A stretch of DNA of 64,000 nucleotides from an uncultured Gemmatimonadales bacterium (GTDB lineage: Bacteria; Gemmatimonadota; Gemmatimonadetes; Gemmatimonadales; GWC2-71-9), in contig CAWETL010000009.1 of assembly GCA_963812085.1 (NCBI GenBank), positions 374,592-438,591 of the forward strand, read 5' to 3'. A model generated the notes under the pieces. The model saw only the letters and a list, made by a program, of their open reading frames with translations, searched no databases and was not told the DNA's origin. Below, in pieces: positions 38,537-47,338 of the stretch. How positions within the stretch are numbered: position 1 is the first letter of the stretch; each line of letters begins with the position of its first letter. Made by a program: the position numbers and the translations under genes.

Positions 38537-39424
38537 TCAGCTGGCCGGGAGGTACTGGTCGGTGTGGGTGCCGCAGCCGGTCCAGGTCACGCGGACGTTG
38601 CCGCCGGTGCCCCGGGCGTCGAGCACGCCGGCCACGATGCCGCCGCACGTCGTGTCGTAGGCCAGCGGCGTGATGGTGGTGAGCTCCAGCGCGTGATTCT
38701 CCCGGCTGGAGGAAACCCGCCAGGCGCCGTTGATGTCGATGGTGCCGTTGGGGAGGGGGCTGCCCCACGCAATGGGGGTGCCGCCGGAGGTGAAGCTCAC
38801 CGTGAGGTCGTTGGCCAGCGAGGCGCGCTCGCCGTTGACGGTGAGGACGAAGTTGTAGTTCTGGTCGAGCGAGAGGGCGTCGCTGGTGCCGCGGAGGCCC
38901 CAGTTGCCGTCCATCACGAGCTGGAGGATGGGGCTCGAGGCGCCGTTCTGGAAGTACTGCGCAGCGAGGTTGTTGATGTGCAGGTCGTAGCCGGCGGTGA
39001 GGCCCGGATCGGTCACCACGACGCTGCCGGTCACCACGCTGCGGTTGCCCTCGATGTCGGTCTGGGTGCAGTCGGCGGCGGTGAAGCTCCAGGTGGCGTT
39101 GTCGGGGACGCCGTCGCCGTCGGTGTCGGTCAGGCTGCTGGCGGCGGGGCAGTTCGGCAGCGAATCCGGCGGGGTGAACTGGATTCCGCCGGCGATGGCG
39201 CGGCCGCGGCTGAAGAACATCGGGAAGCCCAGGCCGAACTGGGGGACCGACGGCGTGAGGGCGCCGATGGCCAGATCGGCGGTGCTCGCCATCGCGGAGC
39301 CCACCGGTGCGGCAGACTGCGCGGTCAGCGGGTCGTTGGTGGGGCTGTTGGAATCGCTGCAGGCGCCGAGGCCGAGGGTGCCGAGGACGAGCAGGCCGGC
39401 CAGGCCGCGGGACGTATTGAGCAT
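38537..39424 (-). CDS. hypothetical lipoprotein with a calcium-binding-like DTDGDGVPDN motif
   Basis: ATG 39424 gives MLNTSRGLAGLLVLGTLGLGAC, a lipobox-like LGAC. No family recognised. Confidence 0.5.
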   Translation of the reverse strand: MLNTSRGLAGLLVLGTLGLGACSDSNSPTNDPLTAQSAAPVGSAMASTADLAIGALTPSVPQFGLGFPMFFSRGRAIAGGIQFTPPDSLPNCPAASSLTDTDGDGVPDNATWSFTAADCTQTDIEGNRSVVTGSVVVTDPGLTAGYDLHINNLAAQYFQNGASSPILQLVMDGNWGLRGTSDALSLDQNYNFVLTVNGERASLANDLTVSFTSGGTPIAWGSPLPNGTIDINGAWRVSSSRENHALELTTITPLAYDTTCGGIVAGVLDARGTGGNVRVTWTGCGTHTDQYLPAS

Positions 39425-39668
39425 GCAAGCATCTCCGTCGTTGGGGGCGCGCCGGGGGAGGGCGCCGGGTGTTTCCGAGCGGGGACAATTTAGCCAAGCG
39501 GGACGAGAGGCAGCAACAACGGGGCCGAGGGAGTGATGCAAGGCGCTGCAGCATGGAATTGTGCTCGATGAGGTCGGATGGGACCACGGAGAGGACGACG
39601 GCAATATTGCAGGCTCTCGACCAGGGTCGAGCGCCGAGTTGACTGCTAGTTGAGCCCTCGGCTGTACG

Positions 39669-42600
39669 ATGTCCGTGTCTCGCGAATCGGAGCCCCCGAT
39701 GAGTCCCCCGTTTTCCCTCCGCTGTCTGGGCCAACCCGCGCTGCTGGATCCCTACGGCGCCCCTGTTCGCCTGAAGACACGGAAGCAACTGGCGCTGCTC
39801 GTGTACATGGCCATCGACGGGCGGGCGCCGATCCGACGCGACCGCCTCGCCGATCTCCTCTGGCCGGGCGTCGGGATTCGCGAGGCCCGTCATTCGATGG
39901 CCACCGCGATCTCGGCGCTTCGATACCGCGTGGACCCGAAGGGATTCCCGGGCGACAATCACTCCCTTCGCATGACCGCGGCCCTCAGCACCGACCTCGA
40001 ACGGCTCCAGCGTGGGGAGGTCCTCGGCACCGACCTGCTTCCCGCCATGGAAGTGGACGCCTTCCTGGAGGAGTTCGAGATCCAGGATGCGCCGGCCTTC
40101 AACCACTGGCGCGACCAGCAGCGCACGATGCTCTGGCCCGCCATCGAATCCGCCCTCGTTCAACAGATGGATCACTGCCGCCGCACGGGGGACTTCGTCG
40201 GCATCCTCCGGCTGGCCGACCGCACGTTGTCGCACAATCCGCTCAGCGAAGCGGCGGTGCGGGCCCGCATCGAGGCCCGCGCCTTCGCTGGGGACAGGAT
40301 CGGGGCCCTCCGCGCATTCGAGACCTGGAAGCAATCCCTGCAGACAGAGCTGGGGGCGCAACCCTCGGACAAGCTGGAGGCGATGGCGCGGCGGCTCCGG
40401 CGGGGTACCCTGGAGGGCGGAGGTGACGGTGCCCGTCCCCGGGTGCCGACCGAGCAATGGAAGAACCGCACCTTCATCGGCCGCACGGCGGAGTATCGCA
40501 CCCTGTACGAAGCCTGGGAGCGCGCCACCCGCGGCGATTCCACCCACGCCCTCGTCCTGGGAGAATCGGGGATCGGGAAGAGCACGCTCATCCAGCGGCT
40601 CCTCACCGCGGCGAGCCTGGACGGCGCGGTCACCAGCCGGGTCCAGTGCTACGAGCTCGAACGCGACATCCCCTACGCCGCGCTCGGCGCCCTGGTGCGG
40701 GGCCTGCTCGAGCGCCCCGAAGCCCGGGCCACTGCGCCCAATGCGCTCGCCGACCTTGCCCGCGCGGTCCCGGCGGTGCACGAGCACTTCCCGCATTTGC
40801 CGTCCACCCTCCAGCTTCAGGGCGAGTCGTTCCGGATCCGGATCACCGACGCCATGGAAACATTAGTCCGCACCATCGCGGAGGAGACGCCGGTCATTCT
40901 GGTGATTGACGACCTTCACCTGGCCGACGATGCGAGCATCGCGGTGGTCCACCTGCTGGTTCGCCGGTTCGAGCGCGAGCGGGTGATGCTCGCGCTCGCC
41001 GCGCGCCCCAGCGGGCCGAACGAGTCGCCCAATGTCGCCAAGCTCCGCGAAAGCCACCGCCGGCTCGGCGTCGTTTCGCTCGAGGTGCCCCCGATGGCGG
41101 ACGACGAAGCGGCGGCGATGCTGGACAGCCTGACCGCCGACGGCCCGACGCCCGGCAAGACGGTTCGCGACGCCATGCTCCGCGCGGCGGGTGGCTACCC
41201 GATGGCCCTCGAGCTCTTCGTGAGCGAGTGGATCGCCAGCGGGGAGAGCAGCCTGGCGCTTGCCGTACCGGCCATGCGCGAGGAACTGGGCAACCGGCCA
41301 CCCCCGGAAGACGCGTACCGGCTGGCGCTGGACCGGATTCATGAAGGACTCGATGCCCCGGCGCGCCTGGTGCTTCAGTTGGCGGCGGTCCTGGGGCCCC
41401 GACTCAACGACCTGCCCTTCTACCAGATCGTCGACCTCGGCTTGGGCGCCACCGGTCAGGCGATGAGCGCCCTCCGGTCCTTGCGACTCCTCCGGGAAAC
41501 GGAGGAGCGGCTGGAGTTCGTCAACGAGTTGATCAGGGGACACACCTACCTGAGCATCCCGAAGCCGATGCGGACAGCGTTGCACGGCGAGGTGGTGACC
41601 CGGCTGCTGGCCGCGGAAGCGGCCGGCCGGAACGCACCAGGGCTGGAGATCGCCTGGCACCTGATTCGAGCCGGACGGCGCGATGAGGCGACTCCGTACT
41701 TGTTGCGCGGTGCGCGAGAGTCAATGCGCGGCGGTGCCCCGCACGAGGCGGAGCGAGGGCTGTCGACGGCGATGGACCGATTGGAGGAGCCGGACCGGAG
41801 CGAGGCGCTCCTGCTCCTGGGTGAGGCGCTTCAAGAGCAAGGGCGGATGGCGGAGTCGCTCGAGTTTCTGGACGGAGTCAGCGATTTGGCGCGGCCCGCC
41901 GTGCGATCACGGCGCACTGTGCTCCGTTTGTACGCGAGGCACTTCATCGGGGACCACACCCCACAGATGAACCGCGACATCGCGCTTGGATTGCTTGCCG
42001 AGGCTCGGTCAGCGCGGGACGCCAATACACGTCTGCGTGCCCTTTGGATGGCGGCGTCAGTCTTCCGGGATCTTCAGGAGCCCAATCTACTCCACAAGAT
42101 TCTATCCCAGCTTGAGGCTGAGCCATGCGACCAACTTTCCTTGGAGGACATGGCTGAGCATGCACTTGGGAAGGCTTTCTGCTTTTATCACTCTGGCGCC
42201 AAGTTGCGGAGCCTAGAGACAATCATGGGAATCGTCGGCGACCTTGAGGCCCAGGGCATTCGCAACTCAGTCTATCTGCGACTAGTCATTGGGCAAGCCG
42301 CGAGTCACTCGGCCCTTGGCGACTACTCGGCCGCCGAATCAATCGCGCAAAAGGGCATCTACGTCGCGCGAAAGCTAGGAGAGGAAAGCAAACTGCGCCT
42401 GCTCGCTGCCAATCTCTCTCTTTGCCACTGTCGCCTCGGCAACACGGACGCTCAGCTTCATTGGGCCGAATTCTGCGCGACTACCCGACCAAAATTCAAC
42501 AACGAATTGTTCCATCACTATCAAGCCCACTTTCTCCGGGCGCATGCATACGCGCTCCAAGGGCGGGCGACCGAAGCCATTGGGGCTCTAGAAGACGGAG

Positions 42601-43028
42601 GTCGCACCTTCGTGGAATTCGCCCCCCTCTACCTCCAGCAGTCTTGGTGTCTTCGAAAGGCTGATGTCCTCTGCCTACTCGGTCGTGGCGCTGACGCACT
42701 TGGTGCCGCCCGGGAAGGGGTCACCGGGGAGATGACGAAGCTTAGATCCGATGCATTCGCGGGGCCGTATTCTCGCTGGTCGGCAAGAGCAGCGTTGGCA
42801 GGCGGGCGAGAAGTAGCTGAAGTTCGAGAAATCCTGGGTGAGTTACTACTCCGAGGGCACCTCTTGGACTGCATTGATCAAGCAGAAGTTCTGAATGCGA
42901 AGGTGTGGCTGGACACAAGGTTCGGAGTTGTCGTTGAGGATGAGCGCGAGGCAATGTGGCGTCGCCTCCAAGAACTTCCAGCGGCCACCACAAATCAGCT
43001 CAGGCTTCTGGGGATGCTCGACTTGTGA
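39669..43028 (+). CDS. SARP/AfsR-like regulator: winged-helix + BTAD + P-loop NTPase (AAA_16/STAND-like) + TPR-like C-terminal region
   Basis: The N-terminus (LRCLGQPALL....RKQLALLVYMA) and BTAD-like region (..AAVRARIEARAFAGDRIGALRAFETWKQSL..) are present. Walker A is VLGESGIGKSTL and Walker B is VILVIDDLHLAD, followed by a long helical-repeat C-terminus. An alternative start is ATG 39699. Confidence 0.8.
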   Translation: MSVSRESEPPMSPPFSLRCLGQPALLDPYGAPVRLKTRKQLALLVYMAIDGRAPIRRDRLADLLWPGVGIREARHSMATAISALRYRVDPKGFPGDNHSLRMTAALSTDLERLQRGEVLGTDLLPAMEVDAFLEEFEIQDAPAFNHWRDQQRTMLWPAIESALVQQMDHCRRTGDFVGILRLADRTLSHNPLSEAAVRARIEARAFAGDRIGALRAFETWKQSLQTELGAQPSDKLEAMARRLRRGTLEGGGDGARPRVPTEQWKNRTFIGRTAEYRTLYEAWERATRGDSTHALVLGESGIGKSTLIQRLLTAASLDGAVTSRVQCYELERDIPYAALGALVRGLLERPEARATAPNALADLARAVPAVHEHFPHLPSTLQLQGESFRIRITDAMETLVRTIAEETPVILVIDDLHLADDASIAVVHLLVRRFERERVMLALAARPSGPNESPNVAKLRESHRRLGVVSLEVPPMADDEAAAMLDSLTADGPTPGKTVRDAMLRAAGGYPMALELFVSEWIASGESSLALAVPAMREELGNRPPPEDAYRLALDRIHEGLDAPARLVLQLAAVLGPRLNDLPFYQIVDLGLGATGQAMSALRSLRLLRETEERLEFVNELIRGHTYLSIPKPMRTALHGEVVTRLLAAEAAGRNAPGLEIAWHLIRAGRRDEATPYLLRGARESMRGGAPHEAERGLSTAMDRLEEPDRSEALLLLGEALQEQGRMAESLEFLDGVSDLARPAVRSRRTVLRLYARHFIGDHTPQMNRDIALGLLAEARSARDANTRLRALWMAASVFRDLQEPNLLHKILSQLEAEPCDQLSLEDMAEHALGKAFCFYHSGAKLRSLETIMGIVGDLEAQGIRNSVYLRLVIGQAASHSALGDYSAAESIAQKGIYVARKLGEESKLRLLAANLSLCHCRLGNTDAQLHWAEFCATTRPKFNNELFHHYQAHFLRAHAYALQGRATEAIGALEDGGRTFVEFAPLYLQQSWCLRKADVLCLLGRGADALGAAREGVTGEMTKLRSDAFAGPYSRWSARAALAGGREVAEVREILGELLLRGHLLDCIDQAEVLNAKVWLDTRFGVVVEDEREAMWRRLQELPAATTNQLRLLGMLDL

Positions 43029-43041
43029 TCAACTCTGGCAA

Positions 43042-44445
43042 TCACGCCTGGCGGCCCCTCCAGAACTGCTTCTGCGAGAATGTCGGCCGACCGACTTTCG
43101 GATCCGAGATCGTCATCGTGGCCGACATCGTGGCCGGCTCAACACCGACCGTGATGAGCCGGCGCACCGCCACGGAGGACACGACGAGTTCCACCACGTC
43201 CGGATCGAACTGGCTCCCCTTGCACTTCTGCAGCTCGGCCGTGACCACCTCGAGCGGAAGCCGCTTGCGGTAGGGGCGGTCGGTGGTCATGGCGTCGATG
43301 GTGTCGGCCACCAGGATGATCCGCGAGGCCAGCGGGATCTCGTGCCCCTTGAGCCCCTGGGGATAGCCCTTGCCGTCCCACCGCTCGTGATGGTGCCGCA
43401 CCGACTCCTGGATGAACCCCCGAAACTTGGAGATGATGCCCACCAGGTCCGCGCTCCGGGCGGAGTGGGTCTGCATCAGCGCCGTTTCGTCGGGCGTGAG
43501 GCGGTCCTCCTTCCGGAGGAGGGGCGCGAACTCCTCGTGGATCTTGCCGACATCGTGCAGCAAGGCGGCGGTGTGGACCTGCTCCACGTCCCGGATCTGG
43601 AGCCCCATCTCGAGCGCGATGACGCGAGAGAGCTGGCTCACTCGTAGGGAATGGCCGGAGGTGTACGGGTCGCGGGCCTCGATGGCCTTGACCATCACCT
43701 GAAGGAGTTCCTGCCCGCTGTCCTGCAACTGGTGGTAGAGGCCGTACACGTGTCGCACGGCCACGATCGGGAGGACCACTCCGACCAACCCGAGGGAACC
43801 CAACCCCCAACTCACCTCAAATCGAGTGTAGAGCCATGCCAGAAAGAGCGCGATCCCGCTGGCGCCGAGATCATACCCGATGACGCCACGGGTATTGAGA
43901 TTCCAGACATCCCGGAACGAGCGCTCGCTATTGATCGCCACGACGCCGCTCACGGCCATCGAGTTGGCGATGAAATAGGTTGCCGCGTAGGCGAAGAAGA
44001 GAAAGAAATCCCGCTGCAGCGCGGTGGAGTCTACGCTCCCAACTACTTGTAGATATGCGGGGGGAAGGCTGCCGCCGAGGAGATGATACACCAGCACGGC
44101 GGCCATGACGGAAGCACCGCGCTGAGCCACATTGAATAGGAGCTTCAGTGGTTCTTTGCCAACCGCCAACTGTGCCAATGCGGTGGAAACGACAACAATC
44201 AATCCACCCCAGAAGCCGCCAAACAGTATGCCAGCGGCGATATGGACTACGAAGGAAGTTGAGCCATAGGCGGATACTTTCAAGCTCGTCTGTCCCTGAT
44301 CTAGAAGCAGGGCAACGAGAATGAAACTCAGGACCGGCCAGATGCCTGGGTACGGATGCTGGAATTGAAACGAGACCACACCCAGCGCGACTGCGATGAG
44401 CGTGATGAGAATTACAAAGAGGGTCGTTTTGCTCAGGGCTCGCAT
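43042..44445 (-). CDS. HD-GYP domain c-di-GMP phosphodiesterase with multi-TM N-terminal domain
   Basis: About 7 N-terminal hydrophobic helices, then HSLRVS..LLHDVGKI..HHERWDGKGYPQGL..ADTIDAMTTDRPYR (HD and GYP signatures). Confidence 0.85.
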   Translation of the reverse strand: MRALSKTTLFVILITLIAVALGVVSFQFQHPYPGIWPVLSFILVALLLDQGQTSLKVSAYGSTSFVVHIAAGILFGGFWGGLIVVVSTALAQLAVGKEPLKLLFNVAQRGASVMAAVLVYHLLGGSLPPAYLQVVGSVDSTALQRDFFLFFAYAATYFIANSMAVSGVVAINSERSFRDVWNLNTRGVIGYDLGASGIALFLAWLYTRFEVSWGLGSLGLVGVVLPIVAVRHVYGLYHQLQDSGQELLQVMVKAIEARDPYTSGHSLRVSQLSRVIALEMGLQIRDVEQVHTAALLHDVGKIHEEFAPLLRKEDRLTPDETALMQTHSARSADLVGIISKFRGFIQESVRHHHERWDGKGYPQGLKGHEIPLASRIILVADTIDAMTTDRPYRKRLPLEVVTAELQKCKGSQFDPDVVELVVSSVAVRRLITVGVEPATMSATMTISDPKVGRPTFSQKQFWRGRQA

Positions 44446-44481
44446 GGATTGGAACAGCTCAGCGGGGGGATCGGGGCGTCA

Positions 44482-44516
44482 GGGCCTAATTAGGCCCAAG
44501 TCTGGCCTTCGGCCAG
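44482..44516. promoter_or_regulatory. perfect 16-bp palindrome plus adjacent hairpin upstream of the HD-GYP gene
   Basis: GGGCCTAATTAGGCCC (44482-44497) and CTGGCC-TTC-GGCCAG (44502-44516). They lie 37-71 nt upstream of the HD-GYP start codon in a 295-bp lower-GC intergenic region. Confidence 0.3.
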
Positions 44517-44740
44517 GAACAGATTCGCCACGAACTTCACAGCGGCGGCAAGCCACGTAATCTGCAGCATGAGCGTCACCTCCCTTCGAGACACTATCAC
44601 TCGGGAAGTGGTCGGCCTCGCTATGGCCTCCCATACGCTCCGCTCAACTGTCCGCTAGTCTCCGCTGTCCTGTGAAGACCCGGTCCCCCTGCCTCGCTCT
44701 GTTCCCTCCGCTCGGGGTGGTAGAAATCGCCGTCCGCCGC

Positions 44741-45496
44741 TCAGCGCGGCCGGCGCAGTTCCGTCCATCGGTTGGTCGCGTCGAGCACCGCGAACACCGC
44801 GGCGCGCTCGGCGCTCTCCTTGATCTGCGCGCTGCCGGTCAGCACGAGCGACTCGCGCCCGCCCAACCCCTGCACCGCCACGAACACGAACTCCCGGTCG
44901 AAGGCCGGCACGATCTTGGCCCCCTCCAGCGCCAGGGACGAATCCTGGAGCAGCCGGTCCATGACCGTCACCGCGGCCCGGGCCGCCGCCTCCACCCGGC
45001 TCCGCGGCGTGTCGCTGCTTTCCTCTTCCGCCGTCTCGGTGCGCCCGTCATAGCTCAGGCTCACGCTCAGCGCGATGCGGTGCGGCCGCTTGCTCGGCGC
45101 CACGGAGAGGTCCTCGAAGAGGATGGCCCGGTGCAGCGCCTTGGTACGCACCGCCTCCTTGTCGAGCGCCTCGATCGGCTTGACGTCGGCCGTCTGGGCG
45201 ATGCTGATCTTGCGGTGGTCCACCCGGAGGCCGAGCTGCGCCAGCAGGGCTGATTCGATATTACGCACCAGCTGCTTCGGCGCCAGCCCCGACTGTGCAA
45301 GGATGTGCACCTCGCTCACCTCGCCCAGCGGCGTCGTCACGACCCGCGCGGAGAGGATGCCCTCCAGCGTGGTGAGCAGGTTTTCCGCCCGGCGCACGCC
45401 CCACGGATCGGGGGCCTCGCCCCCGAGACCGCCGGACGGCGTGGTGCGCCCCGGCTGCGAGCCGGCATCGGATTGCTTTGCGGCGTTGAAGGCCAT
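44741..45496 (-). CDS. hypothetical protein
   Basis: ATG 45496 (MAFNAAKQSD..). It has a disordered N-terminus and then two segments with an alternating alpha/beta-like pattern. It lies 46 nt downstream of the Fe-S/GGDEF gene. No family recognised. Confidence 0.45.
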   Translation of the reverse strand: MAFNAAKQSDAGSQPGRTTPSGGLGGEAPDPWGVRRAENLLTTLEGILSARVVTTPLGEVSEVHILAQSGLAPKQLVRNIESALLAQLGLRVDHRKISIAQTADVKPIEALDKEAVRTKALHRAILFEDLSVAPSKRPHRIALSVSLSYDGRTETAEEESSDTPRSRVEAAARAAVTVMDRLLQDSSLALEGAKIVPAFDREFVFVAVQGLGGRESLVLTGSAQIKESAERAAVFAVLDATNRWTELRRPR

Positions 45497-45542
45497 CGTC
45501 TGTCCCTGTCGCTGAATGCCTGTGGGGGCAACGGCCGCCCGT

Positions 45543-47237
45543 TCAGGCAGCCCCTTCGTTGGCCACGGCGTTCCTGCCCGCGGCCTTGGCCTGGTACAAT
45601 GCCCGGTCGGCGGTGACCAGGAGGTCTCCCTCGGTGGGCCGCGCCGGGTCGAACTCCGCGAGCCCGATGCTCGCCGTGACGATCCCGACCTCATACCCCA
45701 ACCGCCGACCGACTCCTTCGATCCCGGCCCGGAGCGCCTCCGCCACGCGGCGGGCGCCGTGCAAATCTGTCCGGGTCAGGATGACCACGAATTCGTCGCC
45801 GCCATAGCGGGCCGCGAGGTCCGAGGCGCGCACCGCGCTCCGGATTTCCGACGACACCGCGCGGAGCACCTCGTTGCCAGCCTCGTGCCCGAAGCGGTCG
45901 TTCAGCGCCTTGAACCGGTCGAGGTCGATGAAGAGCACCGCGAAGCCTTCCAGGCTGCGCTTGCTCCGCTCGACTTCGTGCCCCAGCCGGTCCCGCAGGA
46001 CCCGGAAGGTCGCCAGCCCCGTCAGCAGGTCCACCGCCGCCTCGCGGGAGGCCTCCTCCGCGCGCCGCTCCTGGTAGGGCGTGCACTGGCGGAGCGTGGC
46101 GCGGCCGAGGACCGCCGCGGCGGCGAACCGGGCGCAGGTCGTGAACCCGCAGGCCCCGCAGTCCCAGGGACGTCCGTTGGGCCCCGGACCGATCGCGTCG
46201 AGCAACGCGGCCACCGCCGTCGGGTCGGACTGGAGCCGCCGGGGCCGGATGTCGAACGTGGCGCCCACGCTGGCCACCAGCCGGCCATCCACCACCGGCA
46301 CGCTGCTCCGCGGCGGTTCCGCGCTGGCCAGCAGCGCCCGCCGCCAGTACAGCTGGTCCCGCGGCCCGAGGAGCGGATGATCCAGCACGCCCTCGAACGA
46401 CAGCAGGTCCACGAACCCCAGGTCGAGCCGGTTCACCGCCACCGCATGCGCCAGCGCCGGCAGGTGGCGCAGGCCGCGCAAAGTGCGGAAGCGGCGGCTC
46501 GCGTAGCGGGCCTCCTCGAGCATGGCCAGCGGAAGCCCGCCCGCCGCGCTCAGGTGGCGCCGCCGCTCCTCCGGAATCCGCGCGAAGAAGTCGGGCTGCG
46601 CCAGGACGCTCACGCCCCGAAGCTGGAAGATCCGCTCGAGGTCCTCGAACGTGACGGCGGCGTCGAGCTCCGGCGTGCCCCGCGGCGCCGCGACGCCCGC
46701 GTACACGATCCGGAGGTCCTGCCCGTTCGCCGCGCGGAGATAGCGCGCCTCCGCGATGGCCGGGATCGTGACCGGCGCCATGTACGGCACCAGCTCCGGA
46801 TAGTCCATGCGGACCGTCTCGACCACCACCGGATCCGTGGAGCGGATCAGCGTGCCCCACCCGGTGTCCCGCCACAGGCTCAGATACTCGGCGGCCACGA
46901 GTTCATCGCCGATGACGCCGCGATGCACCGTCCGGAACCCTGCCGCGTAGCAGGCGTTGACCACCTGCTCCGGCGTGGCCGGGTAGAAATGCGCCGTGGA
47001 CTCCGGACTCAGGATCAGGATCCCGTCGCCCCGCGCCGCCACGGTCAACGCCCGGCCGATTTCTCCGCTGGCGTGGATGGCCTGGTGCGGGCACGCCGGG
47101 ACGCATTCCCCGCAGGAAATGCACGCCTCATCGACGATTTGCACCTGGGTGCCGTCGACCGCCACCGCCTCGGTGGGGCAGACCCGCACACAAGCCAGGC
47201 ACGCGACACAGGCCTCAGGGTCGATGCTGAAAATCAT
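45543..47237 (-). CDS. Fe-S cluster / [FeFe]-hydrogenase-like domain protein fused to a GGDEF diguanylate cyclase
   Basis: Two ferredoxin motifs (CVACLACVRVCP, CISCGECVPACP), a central hydrogenase-large-subunit-like region and CGACGFTTCARFAAAAVLGRATLRQC (CX2CX4CX16C). Then LFIDLDRFKALNDRFGHEAGN...RASDLAARYGGDEF. An alternative start is GTG 47312. Confidence 0.8.
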   Translation of the reverse strand: MIFSIDPEACVACLACVRVCPTEAVAVDGTQVQIVDEACISCGECVPACPHQAIHASGEIGRALTVAARGDGILILSPESTAHFYPATPEQVVNACYAAGFRTVHRGVIGDELVAAEYLSLWRDTGWGTLIRSTDPVVVETVRMDYPELVPYMAPVTIPAIAEARYLRAANGQDLRIVYAGVAAPRGTPELDAAVTFEDLERIFQLRGVSVLAQPDFFARIPEERRRHLSAAGGLPLAMLEEARYASRRFRTLRGLRHLPALAHAVAVNRLDLGFVDLLSFEGVLDHPLLGPRDQLYWRRALLASAEPPRSSVPVVDGRLVASVGATFDIRPRRLQSDPTAVAALLDAIGPGPNGRPWDCGACGFTTCARFAAAAVLGRATLRQCTPYQERRAEEASREAAVDLLTGLATFRVLRDRLGHEVERSKRSLEGFAVLFIDLDRFKALNDRFGHEAGNEVLRAVSSEIRSAVRASDLAARYGGDEFVVILTRTDLHGARRVAEALRAGIEGVGRRLGYEVGIVTASIGLAEFDPARPTEGDLLVTADRALYQAKAAGRNAVANEGAA

Positions 47238-47273
47238 GCGCCGGCCCGGGCAGGGCAGGAACAGGGCAATGGC

Positions 47274-47302
47274 AATATTGGCTCGGACTTGAGAACTGTC
47301 AA
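47274..47302 (-). promoter_or_regulatory. sigma-70-like promoter candidate for the Fe-S/GGDEF gene
   Basis: The minus strand reads TTGACA-17 nt-AATATT, with the -10 ending 36 nt upstream of ATG 47237. This is valid only if ATG 47237 is the real start. Confidence 0.3.
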
Positions 47303-47338
47303 GAGGTGACACCCCGCAAACGCCAAGAAAACAACCAC

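Noticed and set aside
44565-44580. Sigma-54 promoter candidates: minus-strand GGTGACGCTCATGCTG upstream of HD-GYP, and TGGCACGACCACTTTC at 29832-29847.
   Set aside because: The first has correct GG-N10-GC spacing but fails most other consensus positions. The second has a perfect -24 TGGCACG but no TTGC -12 element. Neither is convincing without a search matrix.
44569-44658. 29-codon ORF (MSVTSLRDTITREVVGLAMASHTLRSTVR*) in the HD-GYP upstream region.
   Set aside because: It has no RBS, lies on the opposite strand to all neighbours, has no recognisable motif, and is below any reasonable confidence threshold.
41950-44740. Classic genomic or defence island explaining the lower-GC block.
   Set aside because: There is no integrase, transposase, tRNA or flanking direct repeats. 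The boundaries fall inside long intact genes, and the gene content is signalling proteins rather than recognisable defence modules.
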